Shown here: positions 1 to 8,672 of the stretch, in pieces
How the letters are laid out: each line of letters begins with the position of its first letter
Position numbering within the stretch: the stretch's first letter is position 1
NCBI GenBank assembly: GCA_016839945.1
Contig: JAEOTE010000085.1
Span: forward strand, 1 to 23,967
Length of the DNA: 23,967 nt
Direction: 5' to 3'
From: Candidatus Heimdallarchaeota archaeon
Lineage (GTDB): Archaea > Asgardarchaeota > Heimdallarchaeia > Heimdallarchaeales > Heimdallarchaeaceae
Translations under genes and position numbers: made by a program
Notes under the pieces: model-generated
Database searches by the model: none
What the model saw: the letters and a program-made list of their open reading frames with translations, nothing else
Told to the model about the DNA's origin: nothing

Positions 1-580
1 GAACTATAAGGCCCATCACTTTGCTTACCATACTAGCAAGAACAGAAGCTAGGATATCATCGATAGATGCTTCACCTCGATTTAATTTATGGGTTATATC
101 TGATTTGCAATGAACTGAACAGCGTGAAGCTAATTCAATCTTTGTTCCATTCTTAGCTCGAGAAATTGCTTCTGGTAGAGCTAAATCCAATCTGTCAATC
201 TGTTGAATGAAAAATTCTCCAGATCCTGCTGCGCATTTGTCATGACTCAAAACATTGACAATATGACCAGCTTCATCTAAAACATACAACACAAAAGATT
301 CTCCACCTAAAGAAAGAACAACATCAAATTTCTCATCGAACGAACTTATTCCCCTCTCTACAGCAACGATTTCAGACATATCTCCAAAAGAGCCACTCAC
401 ACCATAATAACATTCAGTTGGATTTAGGTGTTCTTTTAATAATTCATTTAATACTTCCTTTGGTTTTCCTAAATGAGATTGTTTGACATTAGTAATCTTT
501 CCAGTTTCATCGATAAAGGTTAGATTTACTGAAACAGAACCAATGTTAACACCAATATAACAATTGTGAATGTTAAACAC
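1..580 (-). CDS. 2-hydroxyacyl-CoA dehydratase activase (BadF/BadG/BcrA/BcrD ASKHA ATPase), N-terminal part; runs off the window start
   Basis: Not in the ORF track. Manual minus-strand translation from GTG at 580 gives MFNIHNCYIGVNIGSVSVNL...VVLSLGGESF...SHDKCAAGSGEFF...ELASRCSVHCKSDITHKLNRGE. This has the ASKHA phosphate-1 loop (GxxxGSxS), LGGE, and the [4Fe-4S] Cys motifs CAAGxG and RCSV. The frame is open upstream to an ATG at 652, so the start is uncertain. Confidence 0.9.
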   Translation of the reverse strand, partial: MFNIHNCYIGVNIGSVSVNLTFIDETGKITNVKQSHLGKPKEVLNELLKEHLNPTECYYGVSGSFGDMSEIVAVERGISSFDEKFDVVLSLGGESFVLYVLDEAGHIVNVLSHDKCAAGSGEFFIQQIDRLDLALPEAISRAKNGTKIELASRCSVHCKSDITHKLNRGEASIDDILASVLASMVSKVMGLIV

Positions 581-626
581 CTTATAGATTGAATAGATAC
601 GATGGTAACTCTGAAGAACCCTAGTG

Positions 627-635
627 ATATAAAAA
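627..635 (-). promoter_or_regulatory. Candidate archaeal TATA box for the activase gene
   Basis: Minus strand reads TTTTTATAT about 50 nt upstream of GTG 580. Confidence 0.4.
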
Positions 636-655
636 GTTGTTTCATATACCATTAT

Positions 656-1564
656 TTATTTGTGAAATGTAAGATGAATAACGTCATTATCAGAAAGTTC
701 GTATGTAATTCCTACTCTTTTCCTTCTCCCAGTAGGTCCTCCTTCCAAAACTACTGCATCCTTAAAGATTACAACTTGCTTTCTTTTAACTTTTTGAACT
801 ACATCTTCTACTGTTACTTGATCTTTGTAGAAGATTACAGGTTGTTCTTCGATTTCATTAAAAGCATTCATAGTAAATATTCTAACAGGTTTAAGAATCT
901 CAAACATAGCTTTCTTTATCAGATCAGTTCTTTCTGAAGGAACCATTTTAAGCTTTGTCGAAGGTAATTGTTCTATATCCTTATCATAGATTAGCAAAGT
1001 AGGTATTTTTCTTGGACTAGTTTGAACAAAACCATCTTCCATTCTTTCTGAAATCAATTCAACATTCTGTTTTTCTAATTCTTCTATTACTGTTTTATAT
1101 TCATTTATTGTTCGACTCAAAATCATCAAACAATCTGTTGAGTAAACCATGGCAAGTGTACTTCTATCGTTTTCCCAACAATCTTCATAGACAGCAGGAA
1201 GTTCGATAAGCTGAAACTTAATTTGTTCATACATCAAAGAACCTAATTGAGGTTCTGTTGTAGTAAAAGGATAATCTCCAACAGGTATATTGGCATTTGT
1301 TAGATTATTTATTAACGTACTTTTTCCAGTATTAGTCTCACCAATAACTAAAAATTGTGGAGTTTCCTTTCTTATCTGACCAGATCTTCGAGAAGCTTTC
1401 TTAGTATGTTCAACTATTTCAATTTCCTTTAATTCTTTTCTCAGTTTATCTTTTATTCTTTTATAATCGCCAACATTCCAAGGAATTTCCTTTAGTAATC
1501 TTTTGATTTCTTTTGCTCTATCTTCACCTGTTTTTCCTTTTAGAGCATCCTTGATTTCTTCCAT
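656..1564 (-). CDS. OBG/DRG-family GTPase-like protein with C-terminal TGS domain; G3/G4 motifs atypical
   Basis: G1 GETNTGKST, G2 DYPFTT (OBG family signature), N-terminal helical region resembling archaeal DRG-like proteins, and TGS-like C-terminus (TVEDVV...RVGITYELSDNDVIHL). Confidence 0.85.
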   Translation of the reverse strand: MEEIKDALKGKTGEDRAKEIKRLLKEIPWNVGDYKRIKDKLRKELKEIEIVEHTKKASRRSGQIRKETPQFLVIGETNTGKSTLINNLTNANIPVGDYPFTTTEPQLGSLMYEQIKFQLIELPAVYEDCWENDRSTLAMVYSTDCLMILSRTINEYKTVIEELEKQNVELISERMEDGFVQTSPRKIPTLLIYDKDIEQLPSTKLKMVPSERTDLIKKAMFEILKPVRIFTMNAFNEIEEQPVIFYKDQVTVEDVVQKVKRKQVVIFKDAVVLEGGPTGRRKRVGITYELSDNDVIHLTFHK

Positions 1565-1649
1565 GATTACACTGTAAGGTTTTGGAATGTTGAATCACCT
1601 TAGCTTTTTATATTCTTACTAACTGAATATTTTTTCTTTAATAAAGATT

Positions 1650-1670
1650 AGTAAAAGAAAGAGAAGAAAA
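1650..1670 (-). terminator. U-rich archaeal terminator candidate after peptidase 1
   Basis: Minus strand reads TTTTCTTCTCTTTCTTTT immediately after the stop codon at 1671-1673. Confidence 0.4.
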
Positions 1671-3170
1671 TCAATTCTTTTTTCTTCTTGTCATTAATAG
1701 CATACTCCCTAAAAATATAACCAGAATTGTAGTTGTAGTGAAATCAAAACTGCTTTTTTCTGGAATATTGTATCCTTCAGAAATTATATAGTCCAATTCT
1801 TCAAATGGAGCTTCTATAAAATCTGTTGGGGCTTCTTCAACATTTTCTTTTATCATACTAGTAAGAATATAAGCTTTTTCTATATTTTTGCCTGTGTAAT
1901 ATAAATACGTAAATCTACCATTTCCAGGTACAATTGATTTTGTTATATTCCAACCATTTTCATCATATATTATCACGGAAATCCCTAAGGAGTTTGGGGA
2001 TTTTGGAGTTTCAATCTTTAGTGTAAAATTATCTGGAGGAGAAATTAATTTCTTAACATCTGTACCATAATAATTGTGTTTAACATTATCTTGTGAGTAA
2101 GGAAATTCAGTTATTCTTGTACTTATTGCAAAATTAAAATCCAGATTCACAAATCCAAAAATATCATTATGAACTCCTATTTGGTCAATAGTACATGCTG
2201 TTATCCAATTTAAGTAAATTTCATTGAAAGAGATACTATATCCATTCTTCAAAAGAGCTTCTTCTAATCCTTTTGGACCATCTGATTCAATTGCCAATGA
2301 ATCTGTAATTACTTCTATTCCAAATTGTTCAACCAGATAAAAGTAAAACATGTAACTTGCTCCATAAGTAATGTATGAAAGTTCTGGGTCAAAATAGAAA
2401 AGTGAAAACTCAGGATGGTCTTCAAAATGAACTGCATGATAGGAGAAATTTAATTTTCCCCAACTAGGTAAATATGTTTCATCTGAGAAGTAACCAGCAT
2501 GATAAACTGAATATTCAGCTATCCCTTCTAAAACAAAATCAGCTTCATTCATATCACTATTAAATAATATTAAATGATTAAATTCATGGCAGATTATTGT
2601 TATACATTCTTCAGAAGACAATACTGGACTAACGTAAATCATTTCTCTGAAATTTGAGTACTCATGATCTAATTCATTTTCCAACAAATAATAACCTCCT
2701 CCTGATACAATAGGATATATAAGAACGGTTATTCTGGGATCCCCATCGATGTCTCCAGACAAACCATCAGGATTCCCCATAAATTCTATATTCTTAGGAT
2801 AGATAGTATCATCAAATTCTTCTGCATACATTTCACTTCTAATTGTCACTGATTGCTGCCCTTCTAGAGCTATTGTTCTGTTATCAACATAGATATAACA
2901 CCAATCACCTACAGCGAGTAAAGTGGCATGAATTTGTTCATATTCTCCAGAATCATAATTTAATGTCCAAAAATCTCTTTGATCACCAAAATTTTCTTGA
3001 AGTGTTAAAATCATATTTTGTGAAAAACTTGTGGTTTTGTCTTTGATGTTTGAATAAGAACTGTTAGAATTATTAAATGAAATAGTTATATTTTCAGAAT
3101 TAGTTGAATAAACATTCAGAGAAACAAAAAGTAAAAGTAGAATTATGAAAATTGATAATACTTTTTTCAT
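1671..3170 (-). CDS. Secreted, C-terminally membrane-anchored zinc metallopeptidase (gluzincin HExxH...E; M30/hyicolysin-like)
   Basis: Signal peptide MKKVLSIFIILLLLFVSL, GDIDGDPRITVL motif, HEFNH followed by EGIAEY, YGASYMFYFYL helix, and C-terminal TM plus RRKKN. Confidence 0.85.
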   Translation of the reverse strand: MKKVLSIFIILLLLFVSLNVYSTNSENITISFNNSNSSYSNIKDKTTSFSQNMILTLQENFGDQRDFWTLNYDSGEYEQIHATLLAVGDWCYIYVDNRTIALEGQQSVTIRSEMYAEEFDDTIYPKNIEFMGNPDGLSGDIDGDPRITVLIYPIVSGGGYYLLENELDHEYSNFREMIYVSPVLSSEECITIICHEFNHLILFNSDMNEADFVLEGIAEYSVYHAGYFSDETYLPSWGKLNFSYHAVHFEDHPEFSLFYFDPELSYITYGASYMFYFYLVEQFGIEVITDSLAIESDGPKGLEEALLKNGYSISFNEIYLNWITACTIDQIGVHNDIFGFVNLDFNFAISTRITEFPYSQDNVKHNYYGTDVKKLISPPDNFTLKIETPKSPNSLGISVIIYDENGWNITKSIVPGNGRFTYLYYTGKNIEKAYILTSMIKENVEEAPTDFIEAPFEELDYIISEGYNIPEKSSFDFTTTTILVIFLGSMLLMTRRKKN

Positions 3171-3310
3171 ATAATCTATTAAATTTGGATACTAACACTA
3201 ATAAATATAATTAAATTATTTTCTATCAAATTGAGTTAATATTCATGCCTTAAATTCTATTTACAACTCTTATTGTATTAATAATGAATATCATTAAAAT
3301 GGCAAGGAAA

Positions 3311-4810
3311 TTAATGTTTTTTTCTTCTCTTAAGTAATATTATAGTTCCTAAGATGAATATAGAACCGATAATGACAAAGGAATTAAATGTACTCTTTTT
3401 AGTTTCTAAATGACCTTCATAAAAAGCATAATTCAGATCAACTGAAACAACATCATCTAATGCCATCACTACACCATATTCAGATGGAGTATCTCTGGAC
3501 ATCAAGCTTGTTATTACATAAGCTTCTTGGATATTTTCTCCTTTGATATAAACAGAGATTTCATTAGATTTTTTTGTGTTATGGATTTGAGTCACATTCC
3601 AACCAATGTCATCTTTAACAATAATCGAAATACCTAGAGCATAAGGATAGGGATTATCTATAACAAAAGTAAAGTTATCATAAGGTGAAGAGATTCTGTT
3701 TACAATAAAACCATAATAATAATGCCTAATTTCACTTCTTTCAATAGGAAAATAGTATCCTATAGGAGTAAAGGTACTTATCTTGTAGTTTACTGATTCA
3801 AAACCATAAATTCCATCAGCAAAACTAATTTCATCAATTACGCAAGCAGTAATCCAATCTAGATAAACGTCATTAAAGGAGAGATTATAATCCTTTGAAG
3901 TTAATACAGCATCTATTGCAAGAGCTCCATCTGCAGATTGTGAAACCAAGCTTTTTGCGAAATCATGTCCAAACCTATCAACGAGATATGTCATAAATAG
4001 ATATGCTTGACCATAAGATGCATCCCATAAAGTACCATACTCTCGATTGAAATAGAGAAGAGAAATTTCCGGATGATTTAAAAAAGAATTAGTAACAGCA
4101 TCAGTCACCCATGAATAATAACCTGCATAATCTATTGCATAATTAGCTAAACCTTCAGTTAGAAACTGAGCTTCATCAAGCTCATAGTTATACCAGATCA
4201 TATGATTGAGTTCATGAATAATAGTATGGATCGTATCATCTACACTTCTTTCTGAATCAACATAAAACATTTCTCTCATATTGGAATATGGATTATAAGG
4301 ATCATCATCCTTATTGTCATAATAACCTAAAACGGAATTATCTCCATAGTTTCTGATCAAGGGAGCTAGAAATAGAGTAACGTGTGGATCTCCATCAATA
4401 TCCCCTAAATTGCCATCAGGACTTCCTGCAACTTCAATAGCTTTAGGATAAATATTATCATCAAATACATCTCTTAATTGTTCACACTTATCAATTGCTT
4501 CGATCTCTCCTATTAATTCGATCGTATCGTTTGCCATGTATACATAACTCCAATTTCCTACAGCAAGTAGGGTAGCTCTCATCTGAACTAGCTCAGGAAT
4601 ATTAATCCAAAATAATCTCTGGTCTCCAAATTCCTCTTCTGGAAGTAGTTTAAGTTTTTTTGAAGCAGAAACGAAACTATCTACTAAATCATCGTTTGTT
4701 ATTATTTGGTTTGATTGAGGGTTGGTAGAATTTACTGAAACATTTATAGTGCAACATGAGTTCGCTAAAATAAGAATAAAGACTAAAAGTAGAGTTGAAG
4801 TTCTTTTCAT
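3311..4810 (-). CDS. Secreted, C-terminally membrane-anchored zinc metallopeptidase, paralog of 1671-3170
   Basis: Signal peptide, GDIDGDPHVTLF, HELNH...EGLANY, YGQAYLFMTYL, and C-terminal TM plus KRRKKH. Collinear with the neighbour (FGDQR.FW, ATLLAVG.W, YSN.REM.YV, YL.WITAC.ID); both are 499 aa. Confidence 0.85.
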   Translation of the reverse strand: MKRTSTLLLVFILILANSCCTINVSVNSTNPQSNQIITNDDLVDSFVSASKKLKLLPEEEFGDQRLFWINIPELVQMRATLLAVGNWSYVYMANDTIELIGEIEAIDKCEQLRDVFDDNIYPKAIEVAGSPDGNLGDIDGDPHVTLFLAPLIRNYGDNSVLGYYDNKDDDPYNPYSNMREMFYVDSERSVDDTIHTIIHELNHMIWYNYELDEAQFLTEGLANYAIDYAGYYSWVTDAVTNSFLNHPEISLLYFNREYGTLWDASYGQAYLFMTYLVDRFGHDFAKSLVSQSADGALAIDAVLTSKDYNLSFNDVYLDWITACVIDEISFADGIYGFESVNYKISTFTPIGYYFPIERSEIRHYYYGFIVNRISSPYDNFTFVIDNPYPYALGISIIVKDDIGWNVTQIHNTKKSNEISVYIKGENIQEAYVITSLMSRDTPSEYGVVMALDDVVSVDLNYAFYEGHLETKKSTFNSFVIIGSIFILGTIILLKRRKKH

Positions 4811-5008
4811 TATAACCTAGCTAAATTAGTTCATTGACTTTATTAAAGATTAGCAAAAATGTTTTACAGAACTCAAATAGAACCTTAAATGATTCATTCC
4901 CATACTATTCGTTATTCATCTTTGAAACTCCTATAGTACAATAAGATTTTGCTAAAAAAAGAATAAAGACTAGTAGGGAGAGATGAAGTTCTTTTCATTA
5001 TAACCTAG
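4736..5008. repeat. Imperfect direct repeat of about 85 bp (4736-4820 and 4923-5008)
   Basis: Both copies share GAAGTTCTTTTCATTATAACCTAG and GCTAAAA.AAGAATAAAGACTA. Copy 1 is the 5' end of peptidase 2. Confidence 0.85.
4923..4998 (-). pseudogene. Frameshifted remnant of a signal-peptide-coding 5' end paralogous to peptidase 2
   Basis: From ATG 4998, removing one extra C gives MKRTSSLLLVFILFLAKSYCTIGVS, versus MKRTSTLLLVFILILANSCCTINVS in 3311-4810. Stops follow shortly after. Confidence 0.7.
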
Positions 5009-5037
5009 GTGCATTGGCATTAATAAGGATAATTTTT

Positions 5038-5715
5038 TCAATCTTTCCAATTTTCTATAGCTTTTTCAAAATTGGTAGTAAATCCATTATGTGCTGTAAA
5101 CATAATAGAGATACTCTTTAGTTTTGATATTTTTCTGATTGATTCTAATTGCTTTCTGTAATCCGAACTTAACAATCTTAAAAACGGCTGAACCATATCT
5201 TTTTTCAATCGAATTGCATCTCCAGTAAAAAGAAATTCGTTATCAACTAAGAAAGCAGAATGTCCCAATCGATGCCCTGGAGTGCTAATAGTTTTTACTT
5301 GAATTTCACCGATTACAACAGTTTCATTATCTTCTAGAAATTGATAATTATCTGGATTTTTGACTTTGGATTCTTCTCCAATATACAACTTAGCATGATC
5401 AAAAATGGATAAACCACCAGTATGATCTGCATCATTGTGAGTTAAGAAAACATGCCCAATAGATTTAGGATTTATTTTAAGCTTGATAAGCTCTTTATTT
5501 ACAACTTTGGCTGACATTCCTGTGTCTATTATAATTCTTTCAGAGCCTTTACTATAGACATAACAATTAACTATACCATTTTTGATGACGGAAATACTTT
5601 CTGAAATCTTTCCCGTATCATATGGTGTGATGTAAGACATATACCAAGTGACTATAAAGAAAATTAATAATAGAAATACAATAACACAGATTATTAGAAT
5701 ATAATACCATTCCAT
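5038..5715 (-). CDS. MBL-fold metallo-hydrolase (glyoxalase II-like) with N-terminal membrane anchor
   Basis: IDTG, THNDADHTGG (HxDxDH variant of HxHxDH), TPGH, FTGD, TAH motifs and a hydrophobic N-terminal helix. ATG 5715 preferred over TTG 5724. Confidence 0.85.
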   Translation of the reverse strand: MEWYYILIICVIVFLLLIFFIVTWYMSYITPYDTGKISESISVIKNGIVNCYVYSKGSERIIIDTGMSAKVVNKELIKLKINPKSIGHVFLTHNDADHTGGLSIFDHAKLYIGEESKVKNPDNYQFLEDNETVVIGEIQVKTISTPGHRLGHSAFLVDNEFLFTGDAIRLKKDMVQPFLRLLSSDYRKQLESIRKISKLKSISIMFTAHNGFTTNFEKAIENWKD

Positions 5716-5771
5716 GAGTATCAAAAACTAAATCTTTTGTAACTATATTATGCTTTCGTAAAGAAAGAAGT

Positions 5772-6680
5772 TTAGAAATTAAACTTCATAAACCATGGTT
5801 TGTAATCTTCGGGGACCTTGAACTTCGAATCGTTTTCAAACATATCTTTCAGTTCGAAGAAAATTTCAGGATTGTTGACTTTCGATATTTTATCAGCTAG
5901 TTTATCGAAAAACTCTAAACCAAGTTTCTCAAGGTTTTTCAAATCACCACAAACTCCCCATCTTTCCCAAGCTCAAACGTCTACCTTATTCAAGCTAGCT
6001 AGATCCATTATTAGTTTCTCAAATACGAAATGTTGTCCTCTCCATTCACCAATGCCGAAGTTTTCTGGTTTAACTTTTCCTTTTCTGAATTCCTTCCAAG
6101 TTCGACCAGCGCCTAAGAATTGATCATACGGTAAATCAGTAGTATTGATTGTCATGTTACAAGCTTTTTTCATTATATCGTCAATTTGTGGATCAACCAT
6201 GTGCCATTGATTGTCTTCATTATTCCAATACTCACAGATATAATGATCCTCAAACCTTTCCATTTCAGGAGGGAAGAAATATTTAGCTGCTCCACTTCTT
6301 ACTCGAGCTGAAATTTCTTTATGTCTTAACATTGAGACTAGAAGCAAAGCAAAATCTCGACAATTTCCCACAACTCTGTTTATCTGTTCTCTAGGTTCTA
6401 TAAATGAGGTTTCCTCGATTGAAAAATATTTTTTAAGTTTTTCTTCAATATTTCTCATATTCAATTCTTTATTTGGATCTCTTCCTAAATCTATAATATC
6501 TTGTAGAGTAATCCCATAGTTCTTTTTGTCCTTAATCCAAAAAATGTGATTGAAAGTATTCTGAACAATCTTGCACAATTCTGGTATTGAATCTGGTAAA
6601 TCCTCATAATATTTTACAAATTTCCCTGGATCACTTATTTTACTTTGTTTTTTATAAAACTCCAACATTTCATCTTGCAT
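5772..6680 (-). pseudogene. Transglutaminase-like (Cys-His-Asp) protein interrupted by an in-frame TGA at 5973-5975 (nonsense mutation, sequencing error or readthrough)
   Basis: VGNCRDFALLLVSMLRH, ARVRSG, DHYICEYW and VDPQ motifs. After LNKVDV-TGA the frame continues 66 codons (AWERWGVCGDL...KFKVPEDYKPWFMKFNF) to TAA at 5772. SD-like GGTGG precedes ATG 6680. Confidence 0.7.
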
Positions 6681-6875
6681 TGATACCACCAATATTTTCT
6701 CAGAAAATTAAATTCTTGAGTTTTGAAATAATTAGTAGAATTCATTATATAAAGGTTAACAGTTTTCATTATTTTGCAAACAGTGAGTCCAACAACCTAC
6801 CTTCTTGTATATGAGACAATATTGGAAGAGCCTACATTTGCTTCCACTGGAGCAGGGTTTACTTCGAGTGGAAAT

Positions 6876-8672
6876 TTAAGAGATATATTGTTCTTGCCAT
6901 TGTAGACTCTGGTGTACAAAGTATTGATTATAGAGAGATGCATATTTTCCTTGTTGGGCTAAAAGTTCCTCATGTGTTCCTTCTTCAACAACTTCACCAT
7001 ATTCCATCACAATAATTCGATCAGCATTCACAATTGTTGATAAGCGATGGGCTATGATTATAGCTGTTCTATCTTCAAGTATTTTTTCTAGCGCTTCTTG
7101 AATCATTGCTTCAGTGTAAGCATCCACACTTGAGGTTGCTTCATCTAAAATCAGGATTTTGGGATCTAAGAGAATTGCGCGTGCAAAGCTAATTAGCTGT
7201 CTTTGCCCTGCAGAAAGGTCACTTCCTCTTTCACCAATTTTTGTTTCTAAACCATCTGGTAATCGTTGCACAAATTCACTAGCTTGAACAATATCTAATA
7301 CTTGCCAGATATCCTCTTCTGTAACATTTTCTCTTCCATATTGAATATTATCCCTAATCGTACCAGGGAATAAATAAACATCTTGTTCTACTTTTCCAAT
7401 TTGGCTTCTATACGATTCTAATGTATAATTGCGAATGCTCTGTCCATCGATAAGAATATCTCCACCTTGATATTCGTAGTAACGAGAAAGTAAAGCAACT
7501 AAAGAAGTCTTACCTGCACCCGTATGTCCAACTACGGCAAGTTTTTCTCCTTTATGAATTGAAAGATTTAGATTTTCGAAAACCACATTATCTTGATCAT
7601 ACCAGAAGTTTACGTTTTCAAATTGTATCTTGCCTTTGAGTTCATCAATAGGTTTAGCATTAGGTTTTTGTTTGACAGTTGGTTCACTATCTATTATACT
7701 TAGGACACGTTCAAAAGCTGCCATTCCTGCACTTAATTCAGGGAAGAATGTTGCTAATTGCATAACTGGTCTGAAGAAATTTTCGAGATATAATATGAAA
7801 ATTATCATTGTTCCAACTGGTAAATTCATGCTTATTCCAAAATACAGTACAACACAGAGGATAACTGAAGTGACAGTATTGAGCAATGGTCTCCAGAAAT
7901 GAGTTGTTGCTGTTAAACGCATCCACGAACGGAAATAGTTCTCATTAATTTCTTCAAATTGATGAGCAATACTAAGCTCTTGACCGAAACTTTTGGATAT
8001 CTGTATACCTTCAATTGCCTCGACCATAGCTGAATTTACACTACCAATAGCTTCTCTGTAAGATTTACTCACTCGTTTTGCAAGATTACGGAGTGCAAGC
8101 ATTAGCAAGAATAGAACAGGGATTGCAGCAAGAGTAATTAAAGCCAGTATGTAATTGAAGTAGAAAAGTATACCAAGAGTGCCGAATGCAATTACAAGAC
8201 TACCAACTGTATTACTAATGAGTACAGCAGTGTTACTGAAATCTAAAGTATCATTTACTACAATACTGTTAAGTTTCCCGCTCATATGCTCATCAAAGAA
8301 AGTCATGTCTTGTTCTTGCAATTTAGTGAAGAGATCAAGACGTAAATCCTCTAAGAAATATGGTACATATTTTCCTGATTGTACTTGCTGCATTGAGAAT
8401 GCACCCCAGTTGACTAAATACAGCAGCAAAAATCCCACAGAGGCTATTATAGTCAAATTATAACGAGGATCAGTTAGGATTAACTCATCGGTGACAAAAC
8501 CAACTAGCAGAGGAGCTGTGATTGCTGCAATAGCTTGAAAAACTATGAATAGAGCAATTAACAGAATATTCTTTCTATAAGGTGCAATACGTTCTATGAA
8601 TCTTTTGAAAAGTTCTCTATCTTTATACTGTCGTTCATCTTCTTGTCTCAGAGAGCTTCTGAATAAGCCCAT
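6876..8672 (-). CDS. ABC exporter, fused TMD-NBD subunit (MdlB/TmrAB-like heterodimer, subunit 2)
   Basis: N-terminal ABC transmembrane domain, Walker A GHTGAGKT, signature LSAGQ, Walker B ILDEA, switch AHRL. Its start abuts the stop of the upstream partner. Confidence 0.95.
   Translation of the reverse strand: MGLFRSSLRQEDERQYKDRELFKRFIERIAPYRKNILLIALFIVFQAIAAITAPLLVGFVTDELILTDPRYNLTIIASVGFLLLYLVNWGAFSMQQVQSGKYVPYFLEDLRLDLFTKLQEQDMTFFDEHMSGKLNSIVVNDTLDFSNTAVLISNTVGSLVIAFGTLGILFYFNYILALITLAAIPVLFLLMLALRNLAKRVSKSYREAIGSVNSAMVEAIEGIQISKSFGQELSIAHQFEEINENYFRSWMRLTATTHFWRPLLNTVTSVILCVVLYFGISMNLPVGTMIIFILYLENFFRPVMQLATFFPELSAGMAAFERVLSIIDSEPTVKQKPNAKPIDELKGKIQFENVNFWYDQDNVVFENLNLSIHKGEKLAVVGHTGAGKTSLVALLSRYYEYQGGDILIDGQSIRNYTLESYRSQIGKVEQDVYLFPGTIRDNIQYGRENVTEEDIWQVLDIVQASEFVQRLPDGLETKIGERGSDLSAGQRQLISFARAILLDPKILILDEATSSVDAYTEAMIQEALEKILEDRTAIIIAHRLSTIVNADRIIVMEYGEVVEEGTHEELLAQQGKYASLYNQYFVHQSLQWQEQYIS

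Noticed and set aside
602-937. 111-aa plus-strand ORF
   Set aside because: Antisense to the GTPase, with no recognisable motifs and a Phe/Tyr/Cys-rich composition typical of shadow ORFs.
5973-5975. Selenocysteine codon or alternative genetic code
   Set aside because: The position appears to correspond to Leu rather than Cys, no convincing SECIS lies in the short 3' region, and TGA ends other genes in the window. Kept only as a minor alternative.
5818-6123. 101-aa plus-strand ORF
   Set aside because: It is the antisense mirror of the transglutaminase frame, including the part beyond the TGA.
6694-6708. Inverted repeat ATTTTCT-C-AGAAAAT upstream of the transglutaminase gene
   Set aside because: Short and AT-rich, so plausible by chance in this composition; no second copy seen.
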